Of a DNA stretch of 64,000 nucleotides, positions 1 to 14,720 are shown in pieces. The notes under the pieces were generated by a model. That model did not search any database and was not told the DNA's origin. It saw only the letters and a list, made by a program, of their open reading frames with translations. Position 1 is the first letter of the stretch. Every line of letters starts with the position of its first letter. Source of the DNA: the human T2T-CHM13v2.0 reference genome, Homo sapiens; the NCBI RefSeq assembly GCF_009914755.1, contig NC_060932.1. One strand, 5' to 3'. Made by a program: the position numbers and the translations under genes.

Positions 1-178
1 TGATGACCATGGGCCAGCTTCTGGGCACCTCAGGGAGCAGCTGGTGGGGACTGACCAGGTAAGGAGGTTAGCGTGCACCTGGCAGCAAACTAGGCCAGCA
101 ACTCACCAGTGCCAGTGAAGCCCAGGGAAAGACAATTTAGCAGCTTTAGAAGCTTTGACTACCCTTTCATGTCGTCTG

Positions 179-257
179 TTAGATTGAACGATATAAATTG
201 AGGATATTTGTCCATTTTTGACTTACCAAAATATCAGTTTCATATACTTCAATCTAA
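179..257. mobile_element. MADE2-like ~80-bp Tc1/mariner MITE
   Basis: Imperfect terminal inverted repeats (ttagattgaa...ttcaatctaa), ~79 bp long, internal 'atttgtccatttttgacttaccaaaa' resembling the recalled MADE2 consensus. Confidence 0.7.
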
Positions 258-307
258 TCTTTATTTTTTAGTACCTGCTGTGTTTAAAGTTTAAGGTGCA
301 TACATCC

Positions 308-378
308 CAGAAAGAAATAAAAAGAAATACCGAGAAATGAAAGAAAGAGAAAGAGAAAAGAAATAAAAAGAAAGAAAT
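308..378 (+). repeat. Purine-rich (AAAG/AAAT)n low-complexity repeat
   Basis: Seen directly: agaaagaaataaaaagaaa...aaagagaaaagaaataaaaagaaagaaa. Confidence 0.75.
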
Positions 379-1479
379 TGTAAAATCAAAAGTACCATTT
401 TCCCCTTTTTTTGCAGGTGACTTAGGGACAGTTATGAGCATGAGACAGGAAACATTTATGGTGGGGAAGTTAAAACATCATTTCTGAGAATTCTAAGTGT
501 GGCTCTTTTTCTCCTCCTGGGCACCCCAGCAGGTCCCTCCTTTGTATGGAAATGGTTTCTACTTTTCTTCCAGCCTTAATGTGACTGCATGGCAGCCATG
601 GTGCAGAGCTGGGAGTGGTCAGAGTGAGAGGTTCAGCCGAGGAGAGACCTGTTAGTCACCGTGTGCTGGCTGGAGGTTGGAGTGTGCCGGTGTCCACTTG
701 ACTGGCTTCCAAGGGAAAGGTAGACAGCTGCATGACAGACAGGCCTGGTCACAGCAGGTTACGATGCACTGTGTCATCCGGCACACCAGGCAATTTCCTT
801 TTTGAGTCACTTTTCAGCTAAGAATGAATCATGCTCCACCCTCCTTTTCAGCCCTTTATGCTTGCCGGCTCTGCAGCCAAGATGGGAGGGAGGCCATTTC
901 CTCTCTGCTGAGAGCAGGTCAGCAAGGAAGCTCCTGAGAGTGCAGCCCTTTCCCTGCTGGGCGGAATCTGCAGGAGAATGCCTGGTCCCCTTGTAAGGTG
1001 GCCCCTCCAGGAGCGGGGTGGCCAGCCCCAGAGCCTTCTACCACCTGGAGGCAAACCCTGAACCTGGAAAGTGAGAGGCGGGGCCAGGCCATTTGCTAGT
1101 AGAGAAATGTAGGAAAGTTCCTTTTCTGTGTGTGTTTTCTCTTGACTTTAAAAAATCATAAGCTTGCCCATGGAGCTTTTGTGAGAGGAGAGATTTGACC
1201 AGCTCTGTGCCTGCCCCCTGGGTCCTTAGCTGGTCGCTTTGTGCTTTGTCACTAGAAAAGGAAGATGTATCTAAATCACTATCACTAGATTTGGCCAATG
1301 GAATTTTTGAAAACGTTTTCCATTTTCTCATGGTTTTGAAAAGTCTATACTTACCAAGAATTTGGCTTTAAGTTGTTGTTTTGTTGTTGGCAACTTTCTT
1401 TTGTTCTCTGTTTCGTTTATCAACCTATAGAAACAGGTCAAAAATTAAATGACTCCTTATACAAGGCAATTAAAGACAT

Positions 1480-2050
1480 GAATGTGGGTGACGGACTCTG
1501 AGCAGAGAGCCTTTGCGATTCTCTGGCAGGAAGGAAGAAGCCGCGGGTGTGGCGGAGGTGAGGTGGCCGGGCCCCTGCTCCCTCGCGCTGGGCTGCGTGC
1601 TCTGGATGGGGTGGTGTCAGGGCTCTGCGCCTCCGCCCGGCGGCCTTCCAGACCTGACGCCTTATTCGGAGCAGCGAAATGGAATCCTGAAGCCTGAGAA
1701 AAAGACAGGACTCATCAGGGGATCTAAAAGCTGGTGCCTTGCTTTCAGGCCAGGTCCAGGGTTGGGGGATTCCCGGGGAGGCGCCAACTCTGAGAAGCAG
1801 GCTTGGTGCGCGCCTTTGCCTTCGCCTTCTCCTCCAGGCCTCTTCCATTCCCTCCTGGAGGGCTCCCTTCCAGCGGCGGAGGCATGCCTTTTGGATTTTC
1901 AGGGTTTTTTCAAGAGTCTTCAATTTAAAACGAGTTTCTTTAGAAAAAGATTCCTACTTTGCTTCAGGACGGATGCTGTGGGTAGAGTGGATGGCGGAAT
2001 AAGGGGTAGGCGCCAGGCCCCAAGTGGAAACAAGCTCCCAGGGGCAAAGC
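1480..2050. promoter_or_regulatory. CpG-rich, CpG-island-like segment; candidate promoter/enhancer
   Basis: About 25-30 CpGs by eye in ~570 bp of GC-rich non-repeat DNA (GC-box-like ccgccc and ggcgg), against CpG-depleted flanks; CCAAT near 1294. Confidence 0.45.
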
Positions 2051-2124
2051 ACTCCTAGTTCCTGACCCTTTGCCTCCCAGCCACACCTTAGGTCTGACTG
2101 TCACACACCCAGGAGTATCCTGAG

Positions 2125-2660
2125 CACAGCACCCCTTGCTCAGACTCCTTCAGTCATCATCCGCTGCTGGAGAAACAGCGTCCAAACTCATCAGTCTGGT
2201 GTCCAGGGAGCCCATCTATCCGCCTGCTCCTCTTGCTCCCTTGGCCCCAGCGTGCCTGGGCCCGAGCCTACCTTCTGCATAGCCGGTCACAGCTGCACCT
2301 CTGTGCCTCTTTTCCTTTGCTGACTTTGCTCTCTTAGCCTATAAGTTGCTTTCTAGTTATGTCCATGCCCCTTCCTTCTAATTGTTGAAATCCTAACCAT
2401 TTTTCAAAGGCTATTTATCTACTCCACAAAAGTGCCCCCAATCCATTAAGACAATGTAAGTCTTGCATTTATTTATTCTTCCCTGGCACCTTGCATTTAT
2501 TTATTCTTCCCTGGCATCATGACCTGAGACGTCATGATGATAACGTCTTCTGCCTGGCCCACCATCAAAGTTATTTGATGGCCAGGTCCCTGATGTGCTC
2601 GTCTTTGGACACTCTGTTGCACTGAACGCAGTGGCTAGGTTGGAGTTGTTGGTTCAGGAT
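2125..2660 (+). mobile_element. Degenerate L2 LINE 3' fragment
   Basis: L2-like motifs (ccccttgctcagactccttcagt...tccaaactc; gtgctcgtctttggacactc...gcagtggct). Recalled consensus only. Confidence 0.5.
2462..2516 (+). repeat. Local tandem duplication, 28-bp period
   Basis: cttgcatttatttattcttccctggca occurs at 2462-2488 and again at 2490-2516. Confidence 0.9.
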
Positions 2661-5324
2661 CCAGTTTAACAAGAAACTGAGCCTATAAAAAAAAGACAGG
2701 TTTTAATTGTTGAACGAGCCGCTCAGATGCAAAATGAACTTCAGGGTACTAGCAGGTTCAGAAGTGGTGTGTGGCTGCACAGCACCTGCCTGCTTGATGA
2801 GGGTCTGGTGTCAAGGAAATAGAAGGATTCGGGGATCAGGACTGCCCTGTATTGCTTTGCAGAAAATGTAGAAGCCACAGCCATCATCCAGATTGTATTC
2901 AGGGAACCAAATGTTGCAGAGAGCCCTGCTTTGAGACACCCTGCCTGGGCCCATGAATACCATTCCTCTTATCCAGCATTGACTTAATTTTAGAATAGCA
3001 GTATCTTAGAATTGGAAGGTACTGAGGAGATGACCTTGTTCGAATTCCCAACCAATACTAAGGTCTCTTCATCGGGTCCATGCATCCTTCAGCAGCATGC
3101 ACTGTGGTATTTGGAGTCATGCCCCTTCCAGGAAGGGCTCATACACATCAGGCCCCTTTCCCCTCACCAGCCTGGCCCTCAAACATGGGGCCTTGCAGAG
3201 AATGTCAAGGGACCATATATAGAGGAAATCTTACGAAAGGCTTGAAAAGAGTCCAGCAACTTGGTAGAGACACTGTACCACTGTCCCTGTGCCAGTCAGC
3301 ATGCCTCCTCTTAAGGAAGGAGTGAGATGCTGACAGCACTCCATTCAGACTCAAAAAAGACCAAAAAAAAAAAAAGCCATCTTAGTGATAAATTTCTGTA
3401 ATCACTCTTAAAAATCTCACATATTGTTAGATCTTCCAATCTGCTTGTAAGGAGCCTAGGATTAATACTTTTCAGTCTGACTGGAGTTTAGCATAAGCTG
3501 TTATGCATGAGTAGGGGTTAGTACAAATGCAAGGACATTTAGGATGTAAGTAATTCATTCATGGTAGTTTCAGAGCTGACTGAGGGGTTTCTCGCTCAGA
3601 GGAGCGTTGATGAAGAAAGAACTTCACTGAGAGGGTGAAGCCAGCTCATCATAACTCTGTCTGCTGGCCTTAGGAGACGGATGCATCCATCAGATATATC
3701 CAGTGCATCAGGAAATGATAATGATAAGGAGGTCTTTTTCAAAAACATAACATCCTCTGTTATATACATGGGATATGTGCTATGAATGGAGTTTTCAGAG
3801 AATGTAAATGAGACATTTTCCACACTTCTTTTCCTAAGATTCTTGAGCGCTGTTTATAATTCCTTCAGAGGGAGCAGGGAGGTTGTTGTGATGCACTTTT
3901 GGACTATGGAGTTCTTGTTTTCTCTCTCCTAGATGCAGATGCTTCGCATCTGTGACTGCTTGCAGAGTCCTTCCTTTGAGCCATTGCCCCCTGCTGTTAT
4001 TTTGCCACCTCATCCAAGATGCCAAGAACTCTCAGGACAAGGCTCAAGATAAAAACAAAAGATCAGAGCTGAGCACACTCTCACACACAGGCACACACAT
4101 GAGTGTGCACAGGATTCCGAAGCCTCCAGGATTGACTCTGAAGCATGCAGGCAGAGGTGTGTTTGTATGGGGAGGTACGGATGTTGAACTGAGCAGCACC
4201 TCCTTTCTTGTGATCTGGCCATTTGTCTTGAAAGAACCAAGAAGAGACAGGCCTGAATCCCGGAGCCATCAGAGGACCCCAAGCAGCAGGGGCTTGCTGG
4301 TGGAACAAAGGGCCTTCTGACATGTGTGAGGGCTGTGTTTTGTCGACTAGGTATCACATTCCAGCCACAGCATGACAGACAAATGTCAGGCCAGATGAGG
4401 AGATGCAATCTGCTCGACCAAATGCATCTTTACCTGGCTCATGTGATGGGAGCAGATGCTGACTCAATACGGGTGCAGGTGCAGAAAAAAAAAGGAGGAA
4501 AGCCCAGACACTGAGGCATAGTGCTGTGAAAGCCCAGAGCCTCCAGGGAGGCTCACTTTTCCACATTATTGATCCAAACTTCTATGTGTCATAGATCTTG
4601 TCTGTGCTATACCTTGTTGAAGCTTTCTGGCAGAGGAAGCCTGAGGGAATCTTTGACATCTGGAAACTGAAGGCCATTATACAAATACCAGTCTTTCTAC
4701 TCCCCTCCTTGTGAGATGGACCTGAAGAGTCTCCCATCATTTGTGGCTGCCACATCCATCCTTGATGATAGGACTGTATTTATGCTGCTGGGTGTCTTTG
4801 GAAGGGTGCTAAGGGGAGACTGCCTCAGTTAGGCAGGGCTGGTGAACTCCTTACTCCTGACCTCTCCTACTGACACAGGAAACTTCACTTTGTTTATTAA
4901 GGAAGCCCAAGCTTGTGTCACACAAGAGTTTTAACATTGTACAGTGAACCTTGAAAATGGCCAGTGTCAACCTTACTAAATAGCTCTTGAGATCAGAGTT
5001 CCGAAATTTTCTGATTATTGTTGTTTTTCCAAACATTATTTATTGACATCGTCTGTTAGTGCGTCATGTGTTCAAATGGCAAACGTTGACATCTGGTTAT
5101 CCACGGGGACACTAATATGCCTCCTTCTGCAACTCCTTTTTCTTCTTCTTCCCTGTATCCTTCCTTTTCTTCTTACTACTACTATTATTGTTATTGCTTC
5201 CTCTAGAATTTGCTCCATCCTTTCTATTTTGGATATTTCTTTATTCACATAAAAACTGACTTCAGAGGCATGAAATTGCTCAAATTCCTGCCTTCTTTGC
5301 TGCCCTTAAAGCTGTTCTTTTTGG

Positions 5325-5608
5325 AACTGTTTACTTTTTTAATTGAAATTTTTGCTGAGATGATGACAGATCCACATGTAGTTGTATCCTTTAACCAGTT
5401 TTCCTCATTGGAACATCTTGCAAAACTATAGGCTTGCAGTATTACAACCAGGATGTTGACATTAATATAACCCACTGTTCTTCAGATTTGCCTAGTTTTA
5501 CTTATTCTTATTTGTGTGTGTGTGCATGCAAGTATTTAGCCCTGGGCAATTCTATCCCATGAATATGTTTGTGTCTTCACTACCACAGTTAAGATACTGA
5601 GCAGTTCT
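5325..5608 (-). mobile_element. Old L1 (L1MC3-like) 3' end, split by the young L1 insertion and resuming at ~11783
   Basis: Motifs 'aacatcttgcaaaactatag', 'caaccaggatgttgacatt' and 'accacagttaagatactgagcagttct' match the recalled L1MC 3'UTR; the sequence resumes as '...cagttctattacttcagagatccc' after the young L1. Confidence 0.65.
5594..5608. repeat. Left target-site duplication of the young L1 (ATACTGAGCAGTTCT)
   Basis: Matches ATGCTGAGCAGTTCT at 11783-11797 (14/15). The pre-insertion site TTCT/AT resembles the L1 endonuclease consensus TTTT/AA. Confidence 0.9.
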
Positions 5609-5750
5609 TTTATTTTTTTTTGCTTTTAAAAGCTTGAGTATTTATTAACTGGATTCCTTTAAAGTAAGGTTTATACCCCACCACACAGCTAAAATTCTGT
5701 TAGAGCCTTTTTATTAATTGTTTTTTTATTAAGTTATAATTTTATTAATA
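5609..5750 (-). other. Probable L1 3'-transduced segment with its own poly(A) signal and poly(A) tail
   Basis: Lies inside the TSDs but beyond the L1 poly(A). Minus-strand AATAAA (tttatt 5641-5646) sits 19 nt before a second poly(A) (T-run ~5609-5621) that abuts the TSD. Confidence 0.8.
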
Positions 5751-5974
5751 ATTTTTTTTTCTTTTTTTTATTATACTTTAAGTTTTAGGGTACATGTGCA
5801 CATTGTGCAGGTTAGTTACATATGTATACATGTGCCATGCTGGTGTGCTGCACCCACTAACTCGTCATCCACCATTAGGTATATCTCCCAGTGCTATCCC
5901 TCCCCCCTCCCCCCACCCCACCACAGTCCCCAGAGTGTGATATTCCCCTTCCTGTGTCCATGTGATCTCATTGT

Positions 5975-9798
<3,824 letters not shown>

Positions 9799-9861
9799 TA
9801 TGATGTTAGCTGGTGATTTTGCTCGTTAGTTGATGCAGTTTCTTCCTAGTCTCGATGGTCT

Positions 9862-10877
9862 TTACATTTTGGCATGATTTTGCAGCAGCTGGTACCGGTT
9901 GTTCCTTTCCATGTTTAGCGCTTCCTTCGGAGCTCTTTTAGGGCAGGCATGGTGGTGACAAAATCTGTCAGCATTTGCTTGTCTGTAAAGGATTTTATTT
10001 CTCCTTCACTTATGAAGCTTAGTTTGGCTGGATATGAAATTCTGGGTTGAAAATTCTTTTCTTTAAGAATGTTGAATATTGGCCCCCACTCTCTTCTGGC
10101 TTGTAGGGTTTCTGCCGAGAGATCTGCTGTTAGTCTGATGGGCTTCCCTTTGAGGGTAACCCGACCTTTCTCTCTGGCTGCCCTTAACATTTTTTCCTTC
10201 ATTTCAACTTTGGTGAATCTGAAAATTATGTGTCTTGGAGTTGCTCTTCTCGAGGAGTATCTTTGTGGCGTTCTCTGTATTTCCTGAATCTGAACGTTGG
10301 CCTGCCTTGCTAGATTGGGGAAGTTCTCCTGGATAATATCCTGCAGCATGTTTTCCAACTTGGTTCCATTCTCCCCATCACTTTCAGGTACACCAATCAG
10401 ACGTAGATTTGGTCTTTTCACGTAGTCCCATATTTCTTGGAGGCTTTGCTCATTTCTTTTTATTCTTTTTTCTCTAAACTTCCCTTCTCGCTTCATTTCA
10501 TTTATTTCATCTTCCATTACTGATACCCTTTGTTCCAGTTGATCGCATCGGCTCCTGAGGCTTCTGCATTCTTCACGTTGTTCTCGAGCCTTGGTTTTCA
10601 GCTCCATCAGCTCCTTAAAGCACTTCTCTGTATTGGTTATTCTAGTTATACATTCTTCTAAATTTTTTTCAAAGTTTTCAACTTCTTTGCCTTCGGTTTG
10701 AATGTCCTCCCGTAGCTCAGAGTAATTTGATCGTCTGAAGCCTTCTTCTCTCAGCTCATCAAAGTCATTCTCCATCCAGCTTTGTTCCGTTGCTGGTGAG
10801 GAACTGCGTTCCTTTGGAGGAGGAGAGGCGCTCTGCGTTTTAGAGTTTCCAGTTTTTCTGTTCTGTTTTTTCCCCAT
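9862..10877 (-). pseudogene. ORF1: L1 ORF1 (RNA-binding chaperone), C-terminal frameshift
   Basis: MGKKQNRKTGNSKTQSASPPPKERSSSP..., near-identical to L1 ORF1p with REKG, ARR and YPAKLS motifs. A 1-nt deletion near 9928 gives ...ALKELRRKR* (320 aa) instead of ...LLKEALNMERNN... (338 aa). Confidence 0.95.
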
Positions 10878-11782
10878 CTTTGTGGTTTTATCTACTTTTG
10901 GTCTTTGATGATGGTGATGTACAGATGCGTTTTTGGTGTGGATGTCCTTTCTGTTTGTTAGTTTTCCTTCTAACAGACAGGACCCTCAGCTGCAGGTCTG
11001 TTGGAATACCCTGCCGTGTGAGGTGTCAGTGTGCCCCTGCTGGGGGGTGCCTCCCAGTTAGGCTGCTCGGTGGGCAGGGGTCAGGGACCCACTTGAGGAG
11101 GCAGTCTGTGCGTTCTCAGATCTCCAGCTGCATGCTGGGAGAACCACTGCTCTCTTCAAAGCTGTCAGACAGGGACATTTAAGTCTGCAGAGGTTACTGC
11201 TGTCTTTTTGTTTGTCTGTGCCCTGCCCCCAGAGGTGGAGCCTACAGAGGCAGGCAGACCTCCGTGAGCTGTGGTGGGCTCCACCCAGTTCGAGCTTCCC
11301 GGCTGCTTTGTTTACCTAAGCAAGCCTGGGCAATGGCAGGCGCCCCTCCCCCAGCCTCACTGCTGCCTTGCAGTTTGATCTCAGACTGCTGTGCTAGCAA
11401 TCAGTGAGACTCCGTGGGCGTGGGACCCTCCGAGCCAGGTACGGGATATAATCTCGTGGTGCGCCGTTTTTTAAGCCAGTCCGAAAAGCGCAATATTCGG
11501 GTGGGAGTGACCCGATTTTCCAGGTGCGTCTGTCACCCCTTTCTTTGACTCAGAAAGGGAACTCCCTGACCCCTTGCGCTTCCCAAGTGAGGCAATGCCT
11601 CGCCCTGCTTCGGCTCGTGCACGGTGCACGCACCCACTGACCTGCGCCCAGTCTGGCACTCCGTAGTGAGATGAACCCGGTACCTCAGATGGAAATGCAG
11701 AAATCACCCGTCTTCTGCGTCGCTCATGCTGGGAGCTGTAGACTGGAGCTGTTCCTATTCGGCCATCTTGGCTCCTCCCCCC
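10878..11782 (-). promoter_or_regulatory. L1 5'UTR internal sense promoter and antisense promoter (CpG-rich)
   Basis: YY1 site AAGATGGCC (ggccatctt 11761-11769) is intact. The antisense promoter, established for young L1s, would fire toward higher coordinates. Confidence 0.85.
11333..11548 (+). pseudogene. ORF0: L1 antisense ORF0 with premature stop
   Basis: ATG GCA GGC GCC CCT CCC CCA... gives MAGAPPPASLLPCSLISDCCASNQ*. Codon 25 is TGA (11405-11407; CGA in the consensus); the canonical stop is at 11546-11548. Confidence 0.85.
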
Positions 11783-11797
11783 ATGCTGAGCAGTTCT
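11783..11797. repeat. Right target-site duplication of the young L1
   Basis: ATGCTGAGCAGTTCT immediately follows the L1 5' end. Confidence 0.9.
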
Positions 11798-11976
11798 ATT
11801 ACTTCAGAGATCCCACCTTTCTTATTAATTCACTTTATTTTTTTACAACACCTTTGGATTAATGAAGAAATTAAGCAGATAGCACAGAGACTTCCCATAT
11901 GCCTCTCCCGCTCCCATATAGAATTTCTTTTACTGTTAGCATCTTATGTAGCTGTGGTTTATTTGTCACAAATTAA

Positions 11977-12066
11977 TGATAAATTATGATTTATCACAAT
12001 ATTGATAAATTATGATTTATCACAATATTGATAAATTATGATTTATCACAATATTGATAAATTATG
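11977..12066. repeat. Perfect 26-bp tandem repeat, ~3.5 copies, with a palindromic unit
   Basis: Unit TGATAAATTATGATTTATCACAATAT starts at 11977, 12003, 12029 and 12055 (partial). Confidence 0.95.
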
Positions 12067-12417
12067 TAACACAAGTCCATACTATATCCAGGTTTCTTGG
12101 GCTTTTACCTACTGCCCCTTTTCTGTTCCAGGATCCTGTCTACAAGGGTACACTAGGTACACTCTACCTTTAGTGAGCATGTCTTCTTGGGCTGCTTTTG
12201 ATTGACTATTTCTCAAACTCCCTTCTCTCTAGTGACATTTACAGGTTTGAGAAATAATGGACAGTTGTTTTGGCAGATGCCGTCTGATGTTTTTCTCATG
12301 ATTAGACTGACGTTATGGGTTTTGGGATGAAGATCACAGAGGTAAAATGCCATTTTCATCACATCATATCAAGGGTACATACTATGAATAAGATATATCA
12401 CTTTAAATGTTGGCCTT

Positions 12418-12714
12418 GAGCTGGGCGCGGTGGCTCACACCTGTAATCCCAGCACTTTGGGAGCCTGAAGCGGGTGGATCACCTGAGGTCAGGAGTTCTA
12501 GACCGTCCTGGCCAATGTGGTGAAACCCTGTCTCTACTAAAAATACAAAAAATTAGCTGGGTATGGTAGCCTGTGCCTGTAATCCCAGCTATTCAGGGGG
12601 CTGAGGCATGAGAATCACTTGAACCTGGGAGACGGAGGTTGCAGTGAGCTGGGATCACACCACTGCTCTCCAACTTGGGCAACAGAGCAAGACTCCGTCT
12701 CAAAGAAAAAAAAA
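12418..12714 (+). mobile_element. AluS (Sx-like)
   Basis: Dimeric Alu with ggatcacctgaggtcaggagttc and an A-tail; imperfect TSD aaatgttggcctt / agatgttgacctt. Confidence 0.93.
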
Positions 12715-12756
12715 GATGTTGACCTTGGTCACCTGTTGAAATAGTGTTTGTCAGGC

Positions 12757-13765
12757 ACCACTCCTTTTCAACATCATAGTAGAAGTCCTAGCTAGTGCAG
12801 TAAGACAAGAAAAGGAAATAAAAGATGTATAGATGGAGAAAGAAGAAATAAAGCCATCTTTGTTTACAGAAGACATGATCATCTATGTAGAAAATCCCAA
12901 AGAATCGACAACCAAAAACCCTTTTAGAACTAATAAGCGATTATAGAAAGTTTGCAGGATACAAGGTTAGGATCCAAATGTTAATTGTTTCTCTATATAC
13001 TGGGAATGAATGATTGGAATTTGAAATTAAGAACTCAATATCCTTTATATTAGGACCTCAACAAATTAAATAGTTAGGTATAAATCTCACAAAATATGTA
13101 CAGCATCTTATGAGGAAAATTAGAAAAATCTGGTAAAAGAAATAAAAAAATAAAAAATAGAGAAGTATTTTATGTTCATGTATAGGAAGGCTCAATATTG
13201 GCAAGATGTCACTTCTTTTTAAATCCTACAATCAAAATCCCAGTATTTTGTGGATATTGACAAACTGATTCTAAGTTGATATGGAGAGGCAAAAGATCCA
13301 GAATAGCCAACACAATATTGAAGAAGAACAAAATTGAAAGACTGGCACTACCTGACCTCGAGACTTACTTTAAAACTTCAGTAATCAAGATATCAAGATA
13401 TCATGGTATTATTGGAAAGAATGGACAAATTAATGAAACAGAATAGAAAAACCCAGAAATAGACCCACATAAATATAGTCAGCTCAACTTTGACACAGGA
13501 GCAAAGGCAACACAATGAATCAATGATAATCTTTTGAACAAACGGTGCTGGAACAATTGGATATTTACTGGCAATCAAGCAATCAATAAATCCAGACACA
13601 GACTTTTTTGACATTTGTCAACATCTATAGAATGCAATTTCAAGAGTGAACCTTAAGGCTAACTATGGACTTCGGGGATACTGATGTGTCATTGTAGGTT
13701 CATGATTTGTAACAAATGTGCCACTCTGTTGGAGGATGGTGATTGTATGATAGGCTGTTATATGC
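12757..13765 (+). mobile_element. Old L1 (L1MC1/L1MD-like): ORF2 RT fragment joined to 3'UTR
   Basis: ccactccttttcaacatc...aagaaaaggaaataaaag (PLLFNI..EKEIK) and tttacagaagacatgatc (FADDMI relic); after ~13610 jumps to 3'UTR 'caagagtgaacc...aactatggact...gtaacaaatgtgccactctg'. Confidence 0.75.
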
Positions 13766-13829
13766 TCTTGTTCTACAATAAATCCTAGTCAATTGCCTAG
13801 ATAATGCCATCTGTAGATGGTATTTCAAC

Positions 13830-14230
13830 TCTGAAAACATCCAGTAAATGGGACTCATGACTTACTGAGACACCGTATTCTATCCTTGACCCATTCTAAA
13901 GTTTTAGAAAGTTTCTATGTGTATATGGTTTCCTTTGGTTTGCCCACTTAATCAAAACAGAGCAAAGAATACCCCTCCTTCACATGAAAGTCCTTCAAAT
14001 GGCTCAGATAAAGATCATGTTATATCTCACTTCTCTCTGTCCCAAGTCTTCTATTTTCCAGCTAAAATCAAACACCCAAAACACCAACAAACTTATCTTC
14101 TGGTTCTTTCTACTGTTCCTCTTATGGAGTGATTTCAAATTCTGCCCCCATCTGATCTCAAACCCCAATTACCTCCATTTGGAAGTGCCCTAATCCCAAT
14201 TCACCCTCTTGGCCCATGTCCAGACACTGC
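13830..14230 (-). mobile_element. L3/CR1 LINE 3' fragment
   Basis: 'ttagaaagtttct' and 'tcttctattttccagctaaa' resemble L3 3' motifs; collinear with the RT relic at 14.7-15.2 kb. Confidence 0.4.
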
Positions 14231-14720
14231 ATTTATATCAACTTGACCCAAGACCACACTACTGTTTTGTTACACTCATACAATAGCTTTCGTTTAATAA
14301 CTATTTATTGAGCAGCTACTTTACTGAGAGATGTTCAAAATGGGAGTCAAGGCCTCAAACCAGGCAGAGGTTTTAGGGATCCCATAAGGTGTTTTCCACA
14401 ATGTATTAGGAAGAAAATGGTAACAAATGTCCTAATAACACAAAGGACAGAAGGATCACATTGGCCAGGAAGACACAAAAAGTTTTATGATGTAAAAGGC
14501 TTTTTGAATCAATCTTGATGAGTGGATATGACTTGGAAATATCCAAGGAGGAGGTACATGGCTAAATTGATTGATATTTAATTTCCATTCAACCATTAAC
14601 ATATTTTACCAAGAGCTGAAGCTGGGCCTTGTGTCCCTATGTACATATTAGCAACATTGTTTTCTGTTTTTTCTCTTAACTTTTAACCAAATGTAAAGCA
14701 TTTTAAATCTCTATTAAGAT

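Larger units (their letters stand above)
11830..12755 (-). mobile_element. Old L1 (L1MC4-like) 3' end, interrupted by an Alu
   Basis: Motifs 'ttctgttccaggatcc', 'gtctgatgtttttctcatgattagactg' and 'cacatcatatcaagggtacatacta'; resumes after the Alu as 'gatgttgaccttggtcacctg...gtttgtcagg'. Confidence 0.7.

Noticed and set aside
1438-2058. Overlapping 161-aa and 181-aa ORFs
   Set aside because: Arg/Pro/Gly-rich frames are expected in stop-poor GC-rich DNA, and no homology is recognisable.
11977-12066. CRISPR-like array (palindromic ~26-bp direct repeats)
   Set aside because: The repeats are contiguous with no unique spacers, there are no cas genes, and the context is primate DNA.
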